From Methanoregula sp. (GTDB lineage Archaea; Halobacteriota; Methanomicrobia; Methanomicrobiales; Methanospirillaceae), in contig JBDKTL010000008.1 of assembly GCA_039698055.1 (NCBI GenBank), positions 1 through 50,884 on the forward strand: a stretch of 50,884 bases of DNA, in the 5' to 3' direction. The notes below the pieces were generated by a model. That model did no database searches. It was given only the letters and a program-made list of their open reading frames with translations, and had not been told where the DNA came from. The position numbers and the translations under genes were made by a program. Within the stretch, counting starts at the first letter, position 1. Every line of letters starts with the position of its first letter. Below are positions 9,561 to 20,674 of this stretch, in pieces.

Positions 9561-10589
9561 TTATGCGGAATTTTTCCGGATCTTTGCCCCGCCAAGTTTT
9601 TCAATTGCAGCAATATCGACATCGCGGGTGAGGACAAGGGCATGTGCCTGCACCGCATGCTCGACAAATCCTTTGCCGGTTGGCGTGCGGATGACAAGTG
9701 TCGTATATCCGGCAGGACTTCCGATAGCTCCTGCAGAGATATCTGCGTTAACGGAAGTCAGATCCGTGCAGACTTTACACCCGCCCCGTATACAGGTTTC
9801 AAGTTCCGCAAGCGGAACGGTCAGGTGACTCCCATCCTGCCGGGTGATGTCGAGTTTTCCTTTGACATCAAGTTTTTGGATCTGGTACGGTTCGAGTTTG
9901 TAATGCTGGCGAAGTTTTCCGTTCACAAGAAGGGAATAATCAAAGGTTTCCGTACAGAAGAGCCCGAGCACCAGACGGATAGCGTTCCCGTACGGCTTGA
10001 GCAGATCGTTATCGCTCTCCCGTATCCGTGCAATTGCCTGGACAACACAGGGCACGCCAACCACGGCGATCCTCCGGTACTTTTTCTCAACCACAGCTGT
10101 TTTAAGCGCAGCAAGCAGCGGCACCCACCAGCTGTACCGGCTGCCTGCCTCGTGAATGAGCATATCAGATTGGGTTATTATCACCGATGACGGTTTGAGC
10201 GTCCAGTGATCCTCGGTGATAGTAATAACGGCATCAATCAAACCGTCATCCAGCGCTTTTACAAGAATTGCCGTGACTGCCCCGCCACTCTGGCGGTGCG
10301 GGACGTCCATGGTTGTCTGCCCGGATACGATCTCAAGATACGCACCGAGCGGTTCTCTGGGTTGTGTACCGACACGGGGACACGCCGCATAGCAGGCACC
10401 ACAAAGTACTCCGTCCGTAGCCTGCTTGCAATAGCCATTGCTCTTTGGAGATACGACCATTTCTCCGTTATCAAAGGAGATTGAATCTGCCGGGCAGACG
10501 GCAACACAGGCGCCGCATCCCGAACATATACCGGTATCCCAGACCTCTTTTTTCAAATCGAGATAACTTTTTGCTGCCATCGCCATCAC
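9561..10589 (-). CDS. FrhB/FdhB-family F420-binding subunit with 4Fe-4S domain (putative electron-input subunit of glutamate synthase)
   Basis: CSGCGACVAVCP, QSGGAVT, VGVPC, GLFCTE, GCKVCTD, ADISAG; in an operon with gltB domains. Confidence 0.85.
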   Translation of the reverse strand: MMAMAAKSYLDLKKEVWDTGICSGCGACVAVCPADSISFDNGEMVVSPKSNGYCKQATDGVLCGACYAACPRVGTQPREPLGAYLEIVSGQTTMDVPHRQSGGAVTAILVKALDDGLIDAVITITEDHWTLKPSSVIITQSDMLIHEAGSRYSWWVPLLAALKTAVVEKKYRRIAVVGVPCVVQAIARIRESDNDLLKPYGNAIRLVLGLFCTETFDYSLLVNGKLRQHYKLEPYQIQKLDVKGKLDITRQDGSHLTVPLAELETCIRGGCKVCTDLTSVNADISAGAIGSPAGYTTLVIRTPTGKGFVEHAVQAHALVLTRDVDIAAIEKLGGAKIRKNSA

Positions 10590-11329
10590 TCCCAGGTATA
10601 TTTACTCGCAAACGGCCGCGCACTTGTGGCGGCGATACGGGTGTATTCCGATGCAAGCAGGGGTGCTGCATCAATGCCAAACGTTTGAGCGAAATCCTCG
10701 ATGATAGGGCGGATCATCTCTTTCTGCTCATCAGTAACCGGCGCCTGTTTGGACCCATTCCCGAGATAGAGATCGTCGACCGGGCCACGGACAAAGATCT
10801 CCCCCCCGTGGATGCCGCTGCCAACACCCTGCTCCGAGATAGGCCGGGCACCTTCGAGCCCGAGGACGATGATAATTCCCCCGGCCATGGATTCACCAAG
10901 GAAAGCACGGGCACTGCCGCCCACTACGAGAATGGGACGTTTCTCCTGGTACCGCTTCATGTGGATCCCCCCACGGTAGCCGATGTTGTCCCGGACATAG
11001 ATCCGGCCGCCCCGCATGCTGTGGGCGACTGCATCACCGGCGCTCCCGTGGATGACAACCTTACCTTTGTCCATGGTATTGGCAGGAGCATGGTCGGCAT
11101 TGCCGTGAACGACTATCGTTGGCCCGCTCATGAACATGGCAAGGTCGCCCCCGGGTACTCCGTTGACTGTGATGGTTACCTCATCACCGCGAAGTCCGTC
11201 ACCGATGAACCGCTGGCCAAGCACATTGTTAATGACAATTTCCTTTGTCCCTTTCGCTATTTCCTGGCGGATCCGCTGGTTCAGGGGAGTATAGTGAAGG
11301 TCTTTTGCGTCGATGGTTACGGGACTCAT
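10586..11329 (-). CDS. Glutamate synthase GXGXG beta-helix subunit (GltB domain 3)
   Basis: GQRFIGDG, GNADHAPANTM, GGIHM, FLGESMAGG repeats. Confidence 0.88.
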   Translation of the reverse strand: MSPVTIDAKDLHYTPLNQRIRQEIAKGTKEIVINNVLGQRFIGDGLRGDEVTITVNGVPGGDLAMFMSGPTIVVHGNADHAPANTMDKGKVVIHGSAGDAVAHSMRGGRIYVRDNIGYRGGIHMKRYQEKRPILVVGGSARAFLGESMAGGIIIVLGLEGARPISEQGVGSGIHGGEIFVRGPVDDLYLGNGSKQAPVTDEQKEMIRPIIEDFAQTFGIDAAPLLASEYTRIAATSARPFASKYTWE

Positions 11330-11331
11330 CG

Positions 11332-12843
11332 TTACGCTCCTATCGTTTTTACATCGAGAACATTCAGCAGTCCTTCATCAAGCATGTAGCCGCGGAGCCG
11401 GTCGCGGTTGCCCCGGAGGCTCTCGATACTGTTGATACCAGCAGCTCCCATCAGTTCGGCAAGTTCCAGGGTCCAGCCGTGGATAAGGTTCTCGACCTGG
11501 ACTGCATTGGTCTCAGGGTCCAGGCGTTTTGTCAGCTCGGGTTTCTGGGTCGCGATACCCCATGCGCAGACACCCCGGTTGCAGGTCCCGCACACCCGGC
11601 ACCCCATGGCAACAAGGGCAGCGGTCCCGATATAGACAGCGTCGGCGCCGAGGCAGATGATCTTTGCCACATCTGCGCTCTGGCGAATACCTCCGCTTGC
11701 AATGACCGAGACCTCGTTCCGGATTCCCTGGCTCCGGAGTTTGGCATCGACACTTGCTATGGCTGCTTCTATCGGGATACCGACATTGTCCCGGAAAACG
11801 ATCGGTGCTGCGCCCGTGCCGCCACGGAACCCGTCGATAACCACGGCATCGGCACCCGAGCGTGCGATACCGGCCGCGATTGCTGCCACATTATGGACTG
11901 CGGCGATCTTGACAAAGACCGGCTTTTTCCATTCGGTTGCTTCTTTGAGGCTATGGACAAGCTGCTTGAGATCTTCGATACTGTAAATATCGTGGTGCGG
12001 GGCCGGGCTGATCGCATCGCTGCCCTCAGGGATCATGCGGGTGCAGGCCACATCAGCACAGATTTTTTCCCCGGGAAGGTGCCCTCCGATACCCGGTTTC
12101 GCACCCTGCCCGATCTTGATCTCGATCGCAGCCCCGCGTTCGAGATAATTGATATCCACACCAAATCGTCCGGACGCGACCTGAACGATGATATTTTTCT
12201 GGTACGGGTAGAGTGATGCATGGAGACCGCCTTCGCCCGTCCCCATGAATGTACCGATCTTGCTCACGGCCCTGGCCAGTGCCTGCTGGGCGGGCAGGCT
12301 GATGGCACCGTAACTCATATGCCCGATCATGATGGGGGTCTCGATCTGGAGGTTGGGGGTGAGTTTTGTGAGCAGTTCCACGTCTCCTGTTTTTGATTCA
12401 CGGAGCGTGAGCGATGCGGGTTTTTTCCCGATATAGGTGCGCAGCTCCATGGGTTCGCGGAGCGGGTCGATGCTGGGGTTGGTGACCTGGCAGGCATCGA
12501 GCACGAGCCGGTCGAAGATCATGGGCCAGGGAAGTGCATTTCCCATCCCGGCAAGAATGATCTTGCCGGTCTTTGCCTGGTTGAAGACGTTTTCCCGGAT
12601 CCCCCGGGTCCAGACCGGGTGACTCCGGTAATCCGTGGGTTTCTCATGGATGCTGATGGCGTCCCGGGGACAGAACGCCGTGCAGCGGTGGCAGGCAACA
12701 CAGTTGCGGGAATTGATACGGATTTTATCTCCTTCCATGCGGAAAACGCCGTATGAACAGTTTTCAACGCAGCGTCCGCAGAGCATGCACTGGTCGGGAT
12801 CGATCTCCACTTTGAACCGGAGCGGGAGGCTGCCAATGCTCAT
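11332..12843 (-). CDS. Glutamate synthase FMN-binding subunit with N-terminal 2x[4Fe-4S] (GltB domain 2)
   Basis: MSYGAIS, TGEGG, QVASGRFGV, EIKIGQGAKPGIGGHLPGEK, SPAPHHDIYSIEDL, GGTGAAP. Confidence 0.93.
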   Translation of the reverse strand: MSIGSLPLRFKVEIDPDQCMLCGRCVENCSYGVFRMEGDKIRINSRNCVACHRCTAFCPRDAISIHEKPTDYRSHPVWTRGIRENVFNQAKTGKIILAGMGNALPWPMIFDRLVLDACQVTNPSIDPLREPMELRTYIGKKPASLTLRESKTGDVELLTKLTPNLQIETPIMIGHMSYGAISLPAQQALARAVSKIGTFMGTGEGGLHASLYPYQKNIIVQVASGRFGVDINYLERGAAIEIKIGQGAKPGIGGHLPGEKICADVACTRMIPEGSDAISPAPHHDIYSIEDLKQLVHSLKEATEWKKPVFVKIAAVHNVAAIAAGIARSGADAVVIDGFRGGTGAAPIVFRDNVGIPIEAAIASVDAKLRSQGIRNEVSVIASGGIRQSADVAKIICLGADAVYIGTAALVAMGCRVCGTCNRGVCAWGIATQKPELTKRLDPETNAVQVENLIHGWTLELAELMGAAGINSIESLRGNRDRLRGYMLDEGLLNVLDVKTIGA

Positions 12844-13889
12844 GCGATGACCCTCCCGATTACCGGTTCACCGGCTTTTGGCATGTGGACATCCTCGATA
12901 TTTGGTTCGATTCGCCGGATTGCTGCTTCCTCGCTTGAGATATAGAGCCGGTCCCCATGTTCGCCGGTCACCATCGGGCGCAGTTTGATACGATCGGTAA
13001 AACCGACAAGCGCATGTTCGTTCGCTACACAGATCGCAAACGGACCGTTCATGAGTGCCGGACCATACGTGAGACGGATGGCCCGGTTCAGTTCCTGTTC
13101 TTTTTTTGGCATCCGGTCGATCTCCTCCCAGAACGGGGGAGCGAGCGCCCGGACTGCCATCTTCTCTGATAGCCCGTGTTTCCGGACCAGAAGATCCACA
13201 AGGTACGCCACAACTTCCGTGTCGGTATACATCGTGCATCTATACCCGTAACTTTCGATATACCGTCGGTTGGTACCGTACGAGGTAATCTCTCCGTTGT
13301 GGACAACACTCCACCCAAGAAGGTTGAACGGGTGTGCCCCGCCCCACCAGCCTGCTGTGTTGGTAGGGTACCGGTTATGGGCAAGCCAGAGGTATCCCTT
13401 ATAGTCCTGGATGCGGTAGAAATCAGCTACCTCTTCCGGCCAGCCGGAGGCTTTGAATACCCCGAGGTTTTTGCCGGAAGAAAAGATGAGAGTACCGTTG
13501 CGTGCTGTATTAACACTCATGACGATATGCATGATGATGTCATCCGGGGGAGTATTCTGTTCCGGTGTTAGTTTCGGATCGGGCTTAAAAAAATATCGCC
13601 ATGGTGTGTGCACTTTTTTTATTTTTGAAGCAAAGGTCGGGATCTCTTCATCGTGAACAATAGTTCCCCACTTTTCGAGTTCCCGGTCAAGTGCCGGCTT
13701 GTTTTCATGGACATTATTAAAAAAGACGTGAAGAGCGTAGGCATCTGCGAAGTCAGGGTAAATACCATAAGCCACATAGCCGGCTCCTTCGCCATTGCCA
13801 CGCTCGTCCATCATCGCTAACGAGTTTCTGATACTCCCGCCATCCACGCATTGACGGCGTTTGTCAATAACACCAATTATACCGCACAT
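12840..13889 (-). CDS. Class II glutamine amidotransferase subunit of glutamate synthase (GltB domain 1)
   Basis: N-terminal MCGIIG, AHNRYPTN, AHPF, HNGEI, TDTEV, DRIKLRP. Confidence 0.92.
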   Translation of the reverse strand: MCGIIGVIDKRRQCVDGGSIRNSLAMMDERGNGEGAGYVAYGIYPDFADAYALHVFFNNVHENKPALDRELEKWGTIVHDEEIPTFASKIKKVHTPWRYFFKPDPKLTPEQNTPPDDIIMHIVMSVNTARNGTLIFSSGKNLGVFKASGWPEEVADFYRIQDYKGYLWLAHNRYPTNTAGWWGGAHPFNLLGWSVVHNGEITSYGTNRRYIESYGYRCTMYTDTEVVAYLVDLLVRKHGLSEKMAVRALAPPFWEEIDRMPKKEQELNRAIRLTYGPALMNGPFAICVANEHALVGFTDRIKLRPMVTGEHGDRLYISSEEAAIRRIEPNIEDVHMPKAGEPVIGRVIA

Positions 13890-13993
13890 ACTACCACAAA
13901 TCAGGATATTCTATTGTACTAAAACGTAATGGAAATTGAATGTAAGCATTCTGTCTGGAAAGATTTGTTCAGAAAATATAAATGTGATTGGGT

Positions 13994-14007
13994 GGAAACT
14001 TTTTTCC
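13994..14007 (+). promoter_or_regulatory. NrpR operator (GGAA-N6-TTCC) at the glnA promoter
   Basis: GGAA actttt TTCC lies between a TATA-like aaatataaat (~13974-13983) and ATG 14011. Confidence 0.8.
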
Positions 14008-14010
14008 ATT

Positions 14011-15336
14011 ATGTCAGCAGACGTATCAAAATTGCTTAAGAAAATTGAGGCTGATGATGTAAAATTCATCCGGCTCCAGTTTACTGATGTCCCGGGCATC
14101 CCCAAGAATGCGGCAATCCCTGCCGATTACGCCGAGAAATCCCTGACCGAGGGAACATGGTTCGACGGATCATCTATTGAGGGATTCACCCGTATCGAGG
14201 AGTCCGATATGCTCCTCAAGGCAGACCCGGCATCCTATGCGGTCCTTCCCTGGAGACCCCAGGAGGGCAAGGTCGCCCGTTTCATGTGCGACGTGTACAC
14301 GTATGGCAACAAGCCCTTTGAAGGCGACCCAAGATACATCCTCAAGAGGCAGATGGCGGAAGCCGCAAAGCTCGGCTTCACGTTCAATACCGGCCCCGAA
14401 CTCGAGTTTTTCCTCTTCAACATGGTCGACGGCAAGCCAACGACGCAGTTTGCCGACCATGGATGCTACTTCGACCTTGCCCCGAACGACAAGGCAGAAG
14501 ATGTCCGGCGCGAGATCGTCCTCGCGCTCAAGAGCATGGGCCTCGAGATTGAGATGTCTCACCACGAGGTCGCCGCAAGCCAGCACGAGATCGACTTCAA
14601 ATACGCCGATGCGCTCACGACAGCAGATCGTGCCATGACCTTCAAGTTTGCAACAAAGGCGATCGCCCTCAAACACGGACTCCATGCATCGTTCATGGCA
14701 AAACCGATCGGTGGTATCAACGGCAGCGGCATGCACACCCACGGCTCCCTTGCAAAGAACGGGAAGAACGCCTTTTTTGATGCAAATGCCAAGGACGGTC
14801 TCTCCGACACCTGCCTCTACTACATCGGCGGTCTCTTAAAACACGCAAAGGCGATCACCCGGGTCGCAAATCCGACCATCAACTCGTACAAGAGGCTCGT
14901 CCCCGGCTATGAGGCCCCCTGCTACATCTCGTGGAGCACGACCAACCGGTCTGCCCAGATCCGTATTCCGGCAGCACGCGGAAACAGTACCCGTGCAGAG
15001 TTCCGGAGCCCGGACCCGATGTGCAACCCGTACCTCACGTTTGCCTGCCTCCTTGCTGCAGGTCTTGACGGTGTCAAGAACAAGATCATGCCGCCCGAGG
15101 CAACCAACACCAACATCTACCATATGTCTGCAAAGGACCGCAAGAAGATGAAGATCGATATGCTCCCCGGCAGCCTTGCCGAGGCCCAGGCAGCATTAAT
15201 AAAAGACGAAGTCATCTGCAATGCTCTCGGCGCTCATGTTGTGGAAACCCTTTCCAACATTGCAGAAGCTGAGACCGATGCGTTCCGGCTCACCGTCCAC
15301 CAATGGGAACTGGACAGGTACCTGGCAACCTACTAA
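14011..15336 (+). CDS. glnA: Glutamine synthetase type I
   Basis: FDGSSIEGF, GPELEFFLF, HHEVA, KPIGGINGSGMH, NSYKRLVPGYEAP, EFRSPDP. Confidence 0.97.
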   Translation: MSADVSKLLKKIEADDVKFIRLQFTDVPGIPKNAAIPADYAEKSLTEGTWFDGSSIEGFTRIEESDMLLKADPASYAVLPWRPQEGKVARFMCDVYTYGNKPFEGDPRYILKRQMAEAAKLGFTFNTGPELEFFLFNMVDGKPTTQFADHGCYFDLAPNDKAEDVRREIVLALKSMGLEIEMSHHEVAASQHEIDFKYADALTTADRAMTFKFATKAIALKHGLHASFMAKPIGGINGSGMHTHGSLAKNGKNAFFDANAKDGLSDTCLYYIGGLLKHAKAITRVANPTINSYKRLVPGYEAPCYISWSTTNRSAQIRIPAARGNSTRAEFRSPDPMCNPYLTFACLLAAGLDGVKNKIMPPEATNTNIYHMSAKDRKKMKIDMLPGSLAEAQAALIKDEVICNALGAHVVETLSNIAEAETDAFRLTVHQWELDRYLATY

Positions 15337-15552
15337 TTTTAAAATAAAATATTAATTTTTGTGTCGACAATGTTCGGACTTGTAATCCGGTAATCATCCG
15401 TCGGCCATCCTTCAACGATACTATCGTATGGCAGGATTACCCGCTGGCCAATAGTGCATCCTAAAAGGTGTACGCGAAAAGGGTTTACTGCATCCATCGT
15501 AAAAATCGTGGCTGGATGGTCGCCGGAACATAAGCTACCACAGGTGAAATAC

Positions 15553-16749
15553 ATGGCTTTGGATACCGGCGTTACGTGCTGGCTGATGGTCTCGGCAATT
15601 CTTGTTATGCTGATGACCCCGGGGGTCGGCTTTTTTTATGGCGGACTCGTACGAAAGAAGAATTTTATTTCGATGATCGCACTCTCGTTTGTTATTCTCG
15701 CGCTGGTGAGTATACAGTGGGTGCTGTTCGGGTACTCGCTCGCGTTTGGCCCTGACGTCGGGGGTTTTATCGGGAACCTCGATTATCTGGGACTCACCGG
15801 GGTAAGCGCAGATGCAGGTTCGGGTTCTTACCCTCCGCTTATTTTCATGATATTCCAGTTGTTCTTTGCATCCGTGACGATCACCATTGTGACCTCGGCA
15901 GTAGCTGAGAGGATCAAACTCTCGTCATTTATTGTGTTCACGTTAATCTGGCTCACGATCGTTTATTGTCCGATTGCACACTGGGCATGGGGAGGCGGGT
16001 GGGCGTCAAAATTCGGCCTTATCGATTTTGCCGGTGGAACGGTTGTTGAGATCTGTTCAGGGTTTGCCGCACTTGCCCTTGCCCTGGTCATTGGAAGACG
16101 TGCCGGGTTTGGTGAACATGTCCTTGAACCGCATAACATACCGGTTGCCCTTCTTGGCGCTGCACTGCTCTGGGTGGGCTGGTTCGGGTTCAATGCGGGA
16201 AGTGCCCTTGCGGTGAACAGCAGTGCGGCAATTGCCTTTGTTACGACAAACACTGCTGCTGCGTCCGGGGCGCTTGCATGGATGTTTGCCAGCTGGTACC
16301 ATGGCAAGCCGAGTTCTCTTGGGATGGTTTCCGGGGCGATCGCCGGCATGGTTGCCATCACCCCGGCAGCCGGGTTTGTCAGCCCGCTTGTTGCAATTCT
16401 TATCGGAGCTGTTGCCGGGGTTCTGTGTTATTCGATGATGCTTATCCGGTTAAACAGGAAACTGGACGAAACGCTTGACGCGTGGGCAATCCATGGCATG
16501 GGCGGACTCTGGGGAACCCTTGCCACCGGTATCTTCGCAGCAGCTGCCCTCTGTGGTTTTTCCGGGCTTCTAGAAGGAAATGTTCACCAGTTTATCGCTA
16601 ATGCCATCGGTGCATTCGCCGCGATGATCTACGCATTTGTCATCACCTATGTAATCGCGGCCATATTAGACCGGACGATAGGGCTGAGGGTAACCGAGGA
16701 TGAAGAGTATGTCGGGCTGGATATCTCCCAGCACGGTGAACGGGCATAG
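15553..16749 (+). CDS. amt: Ammonium transporter (Amt) paralogue 1; first pore His replaced by Glu
   Basis: [48 protein letters not shown]. Confidence 0.95.
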   Translation: MALDTGVTCWLMVSAILVMLMTPGVGFFYGGLVRKKNFISMIALSFVILALVSIQWVLFGYSLAFGPDVGGFIGNLDYLGLTGVSADAGSGSYPPLIFMIFQLFFASVTITIVTSAVAERIKLSSFIVFTLIWLTIVYCPIAHWAWGGGWASKFGLIDFAGGTVVEICSGFAALALALVIGRRAGFGEHVLEPHNIPVALLGAALLWVGWFGFNAGSALAVNSSAAIAFVTTNTAAASGALAWMFASWYHGKPSSLGMVSGAIAGMVAITPAAGFVSPLVAILIGAVAGVLCYSMMLIRLNRKLDETLDAWAIHGMGGLWGTLATGIFAAAALCGFSGLLEGNVHQFIANAIGAFAAMIYAFVITYVIAAILDRTIGLRVTEDEEYVGLDISQHGERA

Positions 16750-16947
16750 AGCTGAAAAATTTTTTTTTAGACAATTCCCCAAAAAACGAAAATCTTTTTT
16801 TTTGTTTTTAGGGTGAGCGCGAGGAATAAAATTCATCGGTCATCCTGCCAAATTTCCCGCGAGATTTTCGGATACCGATGAAATTGTGAAAAAATACGTT
16901 CAATTCAGGTCCGGATTTACGCAAATTTCAAAATATTTATAAAGGTA

Positions 16948-16961
16948 GGAATTGAACTTCC
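16948..16961 (+). promoter_or_regulatory. NrpR operator upstream of amt2-glnK
   Basis: GGAA ttgaac TTCC just downstream of TATA-like tatttata (16934-16941). Confidence 0.8.
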
Positions 16962-17177
16962 TTCTTACAAAACTGCAAATTTACCCCCTTACAGGAGTTA
17001 TGAACATGATGAGGAGATATCCGCAACTGACCAATTCCCCGGACTTACCTTCCGGCATTGATTGCAGGTATCTGTCATTTCTGGCTCAGTTAAAAAAACC
17101 AGTTGCAGGGATATGAACAAACGTTCATATATTTTTCTGCACTCAATGTAAAACAGAATTATTTCAGGTGAATTATA

Positions 17178-18724
<1,547 letters not shown>

Positions 18725-18874
18725 ACTCGCGACTATCCGAAAATAACTGACAAAAGAGCTGGCCGGCACCAGCCATTTTTTTTATTTCCACACACGATTC
18801 TTTAAAAAGAACAAATGAAACATCCAGCACCGATTAAAAAAAAATAATTGCTACACACCCCGCCAAAAATATTT

Positions 18875-19234
18875 TTATTCGAATTCAAGAAGGCTTCGCA
18901 ATTTTTTTTCAATGTGTTCAGAGATATGAAAATGCCCGGGCAGCGTGAATGCACCGGTATCCCGCATAATAGATTCTTCAATATCCTCATCTGAAATCCC
19001 GTGCTGCCGGTGGTTGACAACTTCGTGGAAAAATACATTTTTTCCCCCCGGGACAATGCGGCACAACGAATTGGAATTTTCGCCAGCCCGGATATAATAG
19101 TAGGACATCCCCACCTGGGATTTCCGGTATTGTTCGAGTTGTTCAAGAATCGCCGCGTACTCCGGCTCGGATTCATCCGGCATAATATACCGGGGCAATG
19201 GTTCGACACCGCAAAAGGATTCTGATTTTGACAT
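18875..19234 (-). CDS. Hypothetical protein
   Basis: 119-aa ORF with an SD-like gagggggaac upstream; no recognised motif. Confidence 0.6.
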   Translation of the reverse strand: MSKSESFCGVEPLPRYIMPDESEPEYAAILEQLEQYRKSQVGMSYYYIRAGENSNSLCRIVPGGKNVFFHEVVNHRQHGISDEDIEESIMRDTGAFTLPGHFHISEHIEKKLRSLLEFE

Positions 19235-19421
19235 GTCTCATGTTCCCCCTCGCTCTTATACCCTTTTGTGCTGGTGTTGCACAAGGGATAAGAGTACGAA
19301 AGCAATATCGTTCCTCGTTATATATAATTTTCTATAATTTTGGCAGAATGAGATACTGAAGATCAATTCAGAAAAAAGCAGATTGTTATTTAGTATGCAC
19401 AACAGAGATTTATCAGTAAAT

Positions 19422-20570
19422 ATGATCCCGTGGCTGAACTCCAATTTTAAAAATTTTAAACCAACCGCGGCAATCGCACTCAATGCCACGAGGCACATGA
19501 ACCGGGTCGAAAGAAAGAAACTTTTTTCTCCGGACATCGAGCCGATGCGAACCGCAGAAGGCCGGTGGTTTGAGGCCATTATCTATGAAATGTTTCTTGA
19601 GATCTCACAAAAATCCAGCTATATCAAATATCTTGCACGAAAAGGAGCAGATGCACCTCACACGATGGAGAAGGCACAACTCGGCCAGAACGGGATGTTT
19701 TATTCAAAATCGGGAGATATCACGATCCGCGGAAACGGCCAGGATCTTGCGGAGTTTGACCTGCTGCTCGTCGATTCAGCAAACCGGGTCGTATTCGGGG
19801 AAGTCGTTACATCTCCTGCGGACTTAAAGGAGTTTGAAATAGAAATTGGTTTTAAAAAACGGCTGCTTGGGTATTTGTACAACCAGGAGCACGTTCCGTT
19901 CCTGCTTATTTCATCGTTTGATATTTCGAATTATTCCGTGGTAAAAAGGCTCGCAAAAGACAAGGACAACGCGATCATTCACACCAGCTCCTGCGAACAG
20001 ATCAAGAAACTGGTCAAGCACTACCGGCCACGTATCCTGTACAATGATCCTGATAACCACCCAAAACTGATCCGGGCAACGGACATCCCGTTCAAAAGAC
20101 CGTTCGATTACAAGAGATACCATGACGAGATGAAAGTGCATATCCTCTCAGAAATTTCGCGAAATACCGGGGTTAAGAATTATGAGCCTCCGACTGAGAT
20201 GACGGGAATCGTAAAAAAGATACTCTATGGATCGTGTTACCCGCAGGCGGTCAAAGCAGTCTGTGAACGTTACGGGCTTTCCGTGCGGGGTAAGCGAGTA
20301 GAGTTTGCGGAATTTGGCAAATATTTCTCAAGCGCTATTATCGCCATGGACCTTCCCGGCCATGAACTCATCATTTACCTGAGATCCCGCCAGAAACGCG
20401 AGTACCTCAAAATGGTCCAGGTCAAAGACGGGCATTTCAAATTCGAGCGGCCGACACCCTCGCGAGTGGGTTTTTTTATCTGGCTTGAATCGATTAAGCC
20501 TACGCTTGGTGTTGGCATTACCCTTGAGATCCTTGACGCGTTCTCGCTCAAAGATATGGGGAAAAAATAA
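19422..20570 (+). CDS. Hypothetical protein, possible PD-(D/E)xK-like fold
   Basis: Long ORF; GRWFE...AEFDLLLV..VVFGEV pattern; start uncertain (19383-19497). Confidence 0.6.
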   Translation: MIPWLNSNFKNFKPTAAIALNATRHMNRVERKKLFSPDIEPMRTAEGRWFEAIIYEMFLEISQKSSYIKYLARKGADAPHTMEKAQLGQNGMFYSKSGDITIRGNGQDLAEFDLLLVDSANRVVFGEVVTSPADLKEFEIEIGFKKRLLGYLYNQEHVPFLLISSFDISNYSVVKRLAKDKDNAIIHTSSCEQIKKLVKHYRPRILYNDPDNHPKLIRATDIPFKRPFDYKRYHDEMKVHILSEISRNTGVKNYEPPTEMTGIVKKILYGSCYPQAVKAVCERYGLSVRGKRVEFAEFGKYFSSAIIAMDLPGHELIIYLRSRQKREYLKMVQVKDGHFKFERPTPSRVGFFIWLESIKPTLGVGITLEILDAFSLKDMGKK

Positions 20571-20674
20571 CAAAGGGTCCATCGATCCTGAATTACCGTT
20601 GCGCCCGGAAAATTTAAAAAAAATCCGGGAAAATTTCCCGTAATGCAGGGATTTTCCGCCATGCACCAGACGGT

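Noticed and set aside
10445-12216. Long + strand ORFs of 314 and 323 aa (similarly 22970-23785, 28406-29476, 34656-35459, 39145-40002)
   Set aside because: Shadow ORFs overlapping well-supported genes in GC-rich coding DNA; no motifs
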